Below, piece by piece: positions 7,940-13,131 of a DNA stretch of 13,131 nucleotides. A program made the translations under genes and the position numbers. Source of the stretch: a virus; UHGV virus genome UHGV-0327824. One strand, 5' to 3'. The stretch's first letter is position 1; each line of letters opens with the position of its first letter. The notes below the pieces were generated by a model that worked only from the letters and a program-made list of their open reading frames with translations, was not told the DNA's origin and made no database searches.

Positions 7940-8419
7940 GCCAGCTAACCACTTCGCCGGGCGTCATCATGAAGATTTCAGCGGGCGACCAGTTAAAAAT
8001 AACGGCAATATCTGCCACAAAGTCTTCTATGTGCTCAAAGCACACAACCGTGATCAGGCTTCCGTCGCCTGTTCGTTCTTCCCGCCAGAGTCCGCACCGC
8101 TCAAAAAATTTACGGCAACCACACATAACTGAATAAAGTCACGGGATGCCATTTTTTTGATCGTCACTTCATCCAGTCGCGGTGATGTCACGCGTGACAG
8201 CAGCGTAAACATGGATTCCGCTTTCAGATTCAGCACATCAGACAACGACAAATCTCGCAGAGATCCAGCCTGCTCAATAGCTCCGGTGATCTCCACATAC
8301 GTGATTTTTTCGCCGCCTCGCTCAATTGGTTGGGTAAGTTTTACGCCACGCTCACTGGTTTCTTTCACAGTGTCAGTAACTACCGTGTTTTCGGTATCGA
8401 TGTTTTTCGTCTCTTTCAT
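7890..8419 (-). CDS. E': gpE+E' fusion made by programmed -1 ribosomal frameshift at TTTTTTG (plus-strand 8102..8108)
   Basis: Zero frame reads ..VAVNFLSGADSGGKNEQATEA-stop. The -1 frame from the slippery site reads ..KFFERCGLWREERTGDGS...NADNEDS-stop, ending at 7890 and overlapping the T start. Verified codon by codon on the minus strand; same arrangement as P2 E/E' and lambda G/GT. Confidence 0.7.
8054..8419 (-). CDS. E: Tail assembly chaperone gpE-like (121 aa)
   Basis: Sits between FII and T as in P2. RBS AAAGGAG before ATG (8417..8419 complement). Contains the slippery heptamer TTTTTTG near its 3' end. Confidence 0.8.
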   Translation of the reverse strand: MKETKNIDTENTVVTDTVKETSERGVKLTQPIERGGEKITYVEITGAIEQAGSLRDLSLSDVLNLKAESMFTLLSRVTSPRLDEVTIKKMASRDFIQLCVVAVNFLSGADSGGKNEQATEA

Positions 8420-8473
8420 CAGGAAACTCCTTTCAGTCAGAGGCGACGCACTGCGCCGCCTGCATATTACTTA

Positions 8474-8986
8474 TCAGCCAAGCCCAAGCGCGGAACGGAT
8501 ACGGTCAGGCACAATGTCCTTGCCGTCCTTCCGGTAAATGAAGTTCAGCAGGTCAATCTCCCACAACGGGCGATCGTTAACACTCAGCTTGTAGTAGGTG
8601 TTTTTAATGGCGTAAGTGTGTGATGTGGCTTCGCCCTGTTTGGCTTCCCCCATATCAATTTCCGTCACACGTCCGCGCATTTCGACTTCATACAGGTCGC
8701 TTTCTGCATCGGTGTAGTATTCACCCGCAAAACGCAGCAGCGTGCCGTCAATCGTACCGCCATACTTAAGGAACAGCTCACGAACTGCGCCCCCCATGAC
8801 AAAGCTCGCATCAAGCGCGGAGTCGTCCAGACCGAGATCAATACTTACCGCACCCATCATGCCACCACCCCGGTAGCTGTCGGTTTTGCGCGTCAGTTTA
8901 GGCAGAGTGACGGACGTCACCTTACCCACTTCGTTTTCACCATCCACAAACAGCGTAAAAAAGCGAAGATGTTTTGGTACAGCCAT
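8474..8986 (-). CDS. FII: Tail tube protein, P2 gpFII-like (170 aa)
   Basis: Size matches P2 FII (about 172 aa). Start ATG overlaps the FI stop by 1 nt (ATGA). Lies between the sheath gene and E. Confidence 0.88.
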   Translation of the reverse strand: MAVPKHLRFFTLFVDGENEVGKVTSVTLPKLTRKTDSYRGGGMMGAVSIDLGLDDSALDASFVMGGAVRELFLKYGGTIDGTLLRFAGEYYTDAESDLYEVEMRGRVTEIDMGEAKQGEATSHTYAIKNTYYKLSVNDRPLWEIDLLNFIYRKDGKDIVPDRIRSALGLG

Positions 8987-10170
8987 CAGGCACCTCCCAG
9001 CACCGCAAATGCGGGACCAAAGAATTCATCAGTAAACGACTGGTAAAGCTCCATGTCTTCCAGCGGGGGAACTGGCGTATATTTGTAGCGAATACGCACA
9101 CGTCCCTGACGTAAACCCGTGGTGCTGTTATCCACCACGTCATACCAGCACTCCGCGCCAATCAGTTTCCCGGCAGTAACCAGTGAATCCAGTTTTGCCC
9201 TGATGGCACTGATAACATCCTTCACGTTCGCAGGCGTCAGTGGACTGTCGATGGTTTCAAACTGCGCTTCCGCAATTGAATCAGCCAGCACCTGTGCGGT
9301 TCGGGTATACACCTCAAAGATGTAGGCGTTCGTTTCCGGTGTGCGGTTGCCCCAGAAGCGGAACCCGTTACGACGAATAATGGTCGTGATTTCTTTGTTG
9401 TTAAGGCTGTTGGCATCGCTGTCTTCGGCCTGCAACGACCAGAACACATGCCGGGACATCCCCAGCACATTTTTAACCGGAACGTTGGACAGTGATTTGT
9501 GCCAGCCCTGCTCATGGTCAATGTACGCACGAAGGCCGCACGCATAAGCAGGCGCGGGGAACGTTTCGTTTTTGCCACTTTTCGGGTTGTAGGCGATGAA
9601 GTCCGGCCATAAGAGCATCACCTCACGTTCGTTGAATTTCTGGCGGTAGGTAATTGCCTCTGCCATCGTGTTACAGCCATGACATGAGGCATACACAAAC
9701 GCGCGCAGTTTACCCGCAATCACGCACAGGGATTTTGTCACCGCCTCCGTGTCCAGCTCCGGCGCGGCCAGAATACGCGGACGGTATCCGATGCTTTCAT
9801 CCTGCTCTGCAACAAGCAGCGCATACATCCCCGTATAGCTGCCGTCAGATTCAGAACCACCGATAACCAGTTGATCCTGCGTCTTTCCGTTTTCTTCTTT
9901 GTGTTCAGCCACGCGAACGACGATCACCTTTGTGCTCACCTGGTCTGCGATGGCCTTAAGCGCACGATAAAGCGTCCCCGTTGTCCCGCATTTTCCCAGC
10001 ACGTCATTGACGCGGGTCAGCAGTGTGGGCTTGTTCAGCGGGAACAGCTTCGCGTCCGCATCATCCGCCGTTGCCACGATACCGATAACGCTGGAATCAA
10101 CATCGTTAATCGCTGTTACCAGGTCGGTACTTTCCGTAACACGGGCACCATGAAAACGAGTTTCACTCAT
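8986..10170 (-). CDS. FI: Contractile tail sheath protein, P2 gpFI-like (394 aa)
   Basis: Size matches P2 FI (about 396 aa). First gene of the FI-FII-E-T block, coupled to FII. Confidence 0.88.
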   Translation of the reverse strand: MSETRFHGARVTESTDLVTAINDVDSSVIGIVATADDADAKLFPLNKPTLLTRVNDVLGKCGTTGTLYRALKAIADQVSTKVIVVRVAEHKEENGKTQDQLVIGGSESDGSYTGMYALLVAEQDESIGYRPRILAAPELDTEAVTKSLCVIAGKLRAFVYASCHGCNTMAEAITYRQKFNEREVMLLWPDFIAYNPKSGKNETFPAPAYACGLRAYIDHEQGWHKSLSNVPVKNVLGMSRHVFWSLQAEDSDANSLNNKEITTIIRRNGFRFWGNRTPETNAYIFEVYTRTAQVLADSIAEAQFETIDSPLTPANVKDVISAIRAKLDSLVTAGKLIGAECWYDVVDNSTTGLRQGRVRIRYKYTPVPPLEDMELYQSFTDEFFGPAFAVLGGA

Positions 10171-10327
10171 AGCTTCAGCCCCTTGTATCCGTTAAATGAT
10201 TCGGCAACAATCATCACCCACCACGCGCGTAATCTCACCCCTGCGCCGTTCTCCCGCCACGGCGACAACAAAAAGCAGTAACCCCCTCCGCACGCACATG
10301 CGACCATGCCGCACAGGGAGGGAGCAG

Positions 10328-11437
10328 ATGACCGACACCACCATGCAATTGCTCAGTCAGGGCACAGACCCCGTAAAAATGCCGGATTTTGATATTCTCG
10401 CGGAGGGTAAAACGCTGTCAGGCGTGGCAGAGCGCCTGATGAGCCTGTCACTGACCGACAACCGGGGATTTGACGCGGACCAGCTCACCATCACGCTGGA
10501 TGATGCGGATGGTCAGTTGCAGCTACCGCCACGGGGCGCGCGCCTGACGGTTCTCATTGGCTGGAAAGGAGAACCGCTGACAGAAAAAGGCACTTACATT
10601 GTTGATGAAATCGCTCACGAAGGACCGCCGGACAGGCTGACTGTTTCAGCCAGAAGCGCAGATTTTCGGGATGAATTTAACGTTAAACGTGAGGTGTCCT
10701 GGCATGATGTGACCGTTGAGCGTGTGGTATCCGCCATCGCTCATCGGTATGGTCTGAAACCGCAAATCAGCGAAATGCTGATGGATATCGAAATCGACCA
10801 CGCCGACCAGACCGAAGAAAGCGACATGTCCTTCCTTACGCGCATGGCGGAAATGCTGGGCGCAATCACCACGGTAAAAAGCGGCAATCTGTTATTCATC
10901 ATGCCAGGTGGTGGCGTGAACGCACAGGGCCAGCCGTTGCCCTCGTTCGCCATTACACGCAGCAGCGGCGATCGCCATCAGTTCCGCATTGCTGACCGCG
11001 AGGCGTATACGGGGGTACGCGCCTACTGGCTTGATCTTAATTACGGGAAAAAGAAAAAAGTCAGCGTGAAACGCCGTAAACCGCCAAAACCCAAAAAGGA
11101 GAAAAGCAGCAGCCGTGAAGGTGATTATATGGAAGGCGCGGAAGGCAATGTGTTTGTGTTACGCAAGACTTATCAGAACGAGCAGGCAGCAAGACGCGCA
11201 GCGGCGGCAAAGTGGCAGCAACTACAACGCGGAGCCGCATCATTCTCCATCACGCTGGCGCGTGGACGTGCAGAACTCTACCCCGAAATGCATGGCACGG
11301 TAACAGGATTTAAAAGCGAGATTGATAATAAGGACTGGATCATTGCAAAAGCCGAGCACACCATTGATAACAGCGGTTTTACCACGCAGCTTGAGCTTGA
11401 GGCAAAAATCCCGGAATGGATAGCGGAAACAGAGTGA
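10328..11437 (+). CDS. D: P2 gpD-like tail/late control protein D (369 aa)
   Basis: Start chosen at ATG 10328 with RBS GGAGGGAG 3..10 nt upstream, not the longer ORF from 10196. Size close to P2 gpD (about 387 aa). Immediately followed by ogr, as in P2. Confidence 0.85.
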   Translation: MTDTTMQLLSQGTDPVKMPDFDILAEGKTLSGVAERLMSLSLTDNRGFDADQLTITLDDADGQLQLPPRGARLTVLIGWKGEPLTEKGTYIVDEIAHEGPPDRLTVSARSADFRDEFNVKREVSWHDVTVERVVSAIAHRYGLKPQISEMLMDIEIDHADQTEESDMSFLTRMAEMLGAITTVKSGNLLFIMPGGGVNAQGQPLPSFAITRSSGDRHQFRIADREAYTGVRAYWLDLNYGKKKKVSVKRRKPPKPKKEKSSSREGDYMEGAEGNVFVLRKTYQNEQAARRAAAAKWQQLQRGAASFSITLARGRAELYPEMHGTVTGFKSEIDNKDWIIAKAEHTIDNSGFTTQLELEAKIPEWIAETE

Positions 11438-11477
11438 GCAACTTAGAATAGGCAGCACCACGTTAAGGGAGGTCGCT

Positions 11478-11738
11478 ATGTTCCGTTGTCCGCTTTGTGG
11501 CGCATCTGCCCGTATCCGCACCAGTCGTCCGGAAAATGATTCAAACACCGTGCGGCAAAAGTATTACCAGTGTAACAATCTGGAATGCGGCGTATGCTTC
11601 TCAACACTGGAAGCTTTCCATAAATTCACATCAAAACACGCCTCCGGCGTTCACTCTTCAGAAGGTATCCCGTGGCATGAGCTGCCAGCTTCACACAGGG
11701 GAAACAATCAGATGAGTTTGCCTTTATCTCAGAATTAA
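11478..11738 (+). CDS. ogr: Ogr/Delta-family zinc-finger late transcription activator (86 aa)
   Basis: N-terminus MFRCPLCGASARIRTSR...YYQCNNLECGVCF matches P2 Ogr (MFHCPLCQHAAHARTSR...YHQCQNVNCSATF) with the C-x2-C...C-x4-C zinc finger. RBS AAGGGAGG before the ATG. Confidence 0.88.
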   Translation: MFRCPLCGASARIRTSRPENDSNTVRQKYYQCNNLECGVCFSTLEAFHKFTSKHASGVHSSEGIPWHELPASHRGNNQMSLPLSQN

Positions 11739-11928
11739 CAGGCAGAATTGCCGGAGTAACAAAAAAGCGATAGATTACGCGCGGGTGCCTTTCGGCTGAT
11801 GGTCGGAGGGAATACCCGAAGGCCAGATGTGGAAAGGCCCCGGAAAACATTTCTGTTTAACCGAGGCCCTGACCATCTAACCTTAGCAAGTGATAGGTTA
11901 GCGCCTCCCTGAAAAAGGAGCAAGCGCT

Positions 11929-12069
11929 ATGTCGCAAAAATCGCTTATGGCCATCACGTTCTGCGTGACGGCAATCCTCATCATCTGGATGCTGCACGGT
12001 TCGCTGTGTGAAATACGGATGAGCTTCTGGGGAGCGGAGTTTGCGGCGTTCTTACAGTGTAAGCAGTAA
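11929..12069 (+). CDS. hok: Hok/Gef-family type I toxin (46 aa membrane peptide)
   Basis: MSQKSLMAITFCVTAILIIWMLHGSLCEIRMSFWGAEFAAFLQCKQ: hydrophobic TM segment, then SLCEIR and AAF as in Hok (..[27 protein letters not shown]). RBS AAGGAG 9 nt upstream. About 165 nt structured leader with a small upstream ORF (11799..11912); a stable hairpin follows the stop (12079..12100) and a terminator at 12159..12190. Below the ORF track's size cut-off. Confidence 0.7.
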   Translation: MSQKSLMAITFCVTAILIIWMLHGSLCEIRMSFWGAEFAAFLQCKQ

Positions 12070-12158
12070 GGAAACCGCGACGGGGGAGCAATCCCCCGTC
12101 AATCGGTTGCCAGGGTAAGGTCGATAAGGCACCCTATCTCACAGACATGAACAACAAA

Positions 12159-12190
12159 CCCGCAGCGTAAGAACTGCGGGTTTTCTTTTT
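12159..12190. terminator. Bidirectional intrinsic terminator between the hok-like locus (+) and the secreted-protein gene (-)
   Basis: Stem CCCGCAG / CTGCGGG with an 8 nt loop; TTTTCTTTTT on the plus strand and a T-rich tail (TTTGTTGTT) on the minus strand. Confidence 0.65.
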
Positions 12191-12258
12191 GGAACTATCA
12201 CTAGCTAGTGTACCGTTAACGGCACATAATGCTCGCACAACAAACCTGTTAAAAGAGA

Positions 12259-12540
12259 TTACTCAGCATTCTCCTGCTTCCATTGCCGGATCATTTCATC
12301 GGTAACATCACCCTCATAACATACCACGTCATACCCTCCATTACGGCTATATGCACTGCGTCCACCACATCTACTACCATTCCTTGCATGATTATAAGGA
12401 CACGCACAATTGCCTGGATAAGATTCAATGGATTCTTTAATTATTTCTTTTTTGATCTGAGCATCAGACTTTCCTGTTGCTGCATATCCGCTAAAAGATA
12501 CTAAACAAAGGCAGATTGCCATTAATAAACCACATCGCAT
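12259..12540 (-). CDS. Small secreted cysteine-containing protein of unknown function (93 aa precursor), AT-rich gene
   Basis: Start taken at the internal Met giving a signal peptide (MRCGLLMAICLCLVSFSGYAA | TGKSD). Mature part about 72 aa with four Cys (NCACPYN..RCGG..VCYEG). Markedly AT-rich against its surroundings. The ORF-track N-terminal extension to 12654 has no RBS. Confidence 0.55.
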   Translation of the reverse strand: MRCGLLMAICLCLVSFSGYAATGKSDAQIKKEIIKESIESYPGNCACPYNHARNGSRCGGRSAYSRNGGYDVVCYEGDVTDEMIRQWKQENAE

Positions 12541-12769
12541 ACCGATACACTCTATTACTAACCAATCATAGCCCACATCATAAAATCGAGATGAGGAGTA
12601 CAATACCTTTAACAAGAAGGTGTCATAACGATAATATGTCGTGCAATTCATCAAAAAAAAGATCTATATCAAAGAGATAGAACTCTTATCAGTGCTTCAG
12701 ACATCGGCATTCGAGGCAGCAGAAAAACAGTAAATCTGACGAATTTGCCTTTTCCCAAGATGTTGTCAG

Positions 12770-12926
12770 ATTAAAAAGATAGATTAGCGCAGGTACCTGT
12801 TGGTGGATTGCAGGAGGAAAAATGAAGTCGAGTGGAAAAATCCCAGAAAAATTTTTGTTTAACAGAGGTCCTGGCTCACTATGCGAAATACGGAGGAGCT
12901 GCAGAAGAATTCTGCTTCATCCTTAG
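12770..12926 (+). pseudogene. Deletion remnant of a second hok-type locus (leader fused to the hok C-terminal coding part)
   Basis: The leader is about 75-80% identical to the first locus's leader by eye (GATAGATTA.., ..TTTCTGTTTAACCGAGGCCCTG vs ..TTTTTGTTTAACAGAGGTCCTG), then jumps to sequence matching the hok 3' coding part (TCACTATGCGAAATACGGAGGAGCTG vs TCGCTGTGTGAAATACGGATGAGCTT). The TM-coding part is missing and the reading frame differs. Confidence 0.5.
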
Positions 12927-13012
12927 AGTTTAAACAGCACGTGCACTACCATTGTTTCTGCATATCGCCACACCATCGCCACTCAACCGCCATTGCACAA
13001 AATACAAATACG

Positions 13013-13034
13013 AAAAAACCACCCGAAGGTGGTT
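13013..13034 (-). terminator. Intrinsic terminator downstream of the tRNA gene (minus-strand transcript)
   Basis: Minus-strand reading: stem ACCACC / GGTGGT with loop TTCG, then TTTTTT; about 45 nt after the tRNA CCA end. Confidence 0.7.
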
Positions 13035-13078
13035 TCACGACACTGCTTATTGCTTTGATTTTATTCTTATCTTTCCCA

Positions 13079-13131
13079 TGGTACCCGGAGCGGGACTTGA
13101 ACCCGCACAGCGCGAACGCCGAGGGATTTTA
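13079..13131 (-). tRNA. leuZ: 3' portion of tRNA-Leu(UAA), leuZ-like; gene continues beyond the window end
   Basis: Reverse complement reads ..TAAAATCCCTCGGCGTTCGCGCTGTGCGGGTTCAAGTCCCGCTCCGGGTACCA: anticodon loop with UAA, a long class II variable arm, T-arm GGTTCAAGTCC, acceptor 3' strand and encoded CCA. Only about 53 nt are in the window. Confidence 0.85.

Noticed and set aside
8937-10281. ORFs antisense to, or in alternative frames of, the FI/FII genes (e.g. 9237..9578 -, 9871..10281 +, 8937..9161 -)
   Set aside because: They overlap the well-supported sheath and tube genes and have no independent translation signals.
10196-10327. Longer D start at 10196 (413 aa)
   Set aside because: The extension is Pro/Ser/Thr/Arg-rich and runs into the FI promoter spacer; ATG 10328 has a strong GGAGGGAG RBS.
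11740-11800. P2-type attP core immediately downstream of ogr
   Set aside because: The A-rich stretch here does not convincingly match the P2 att core as I recall it; this cannot be called without an alignment.
12541-12654. N-terminal extension of the secreted-protein ORF to 131 aa
   Set aside because: No RBS at the upstream start, and the extension would bury the signal peptide; the internal Met gives a canonical signal peptide.
1-13131. CRISPR arrays, IS elements or transposases, integrase
   Set aside because: No regularly spaced repeat-spacer pattern, no terminal inverted repeats bounding a transposase-like ORF, and no tyrosine or serine recombinase-like ORF were found in the window.

Overview
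The window is a degraded, rearranged P2-family (Peduovirus-like) prophage remnant next to the 3' end of a tRNA-Leu(UAA) gene (leuZ-like), in an enterobacterial-type background. Plus strand, left to right: a small conserved phage ORF; the P2 gpA-type rolling-circle replication endonuclease (940 aa); an embedded operon of a plasmid-type actin-like partition pair (ParM/StbA-like and ParR/StbB-like) plus two translationally coupled acidic proteins of unknown function; a repeat-rich 0.5 kb non-coding spacer; and a further orphan gene. Minus strand: the tail module in P2 order (FI sheath, FII tube, E/E' chaperone with a TTTTTTG -1 frameshift site, and a truncated tape measure T). D and ogr follow on the plus strand, divergent from FI, which is not the colinear P2 arrangement. 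Between ogr and the tRNA lie a Hok/Gef-family type I toxin locus, an AT-rich gene for a small secreted cysteine-containing protein, and a deletion remnant of a second hok locus. No integrase, capsid, baseplate, lysis genes, CRISPR array or IS element is visible. The most promising candidate for an undescribed system is the cargo after gene A (parMR plus the unknown proteins at 4599..6436), which sits where P2-like phages are reported to carry variable anti-phage cargo. All product calls are from reading the translations against remembered family sequences; no database search was run.
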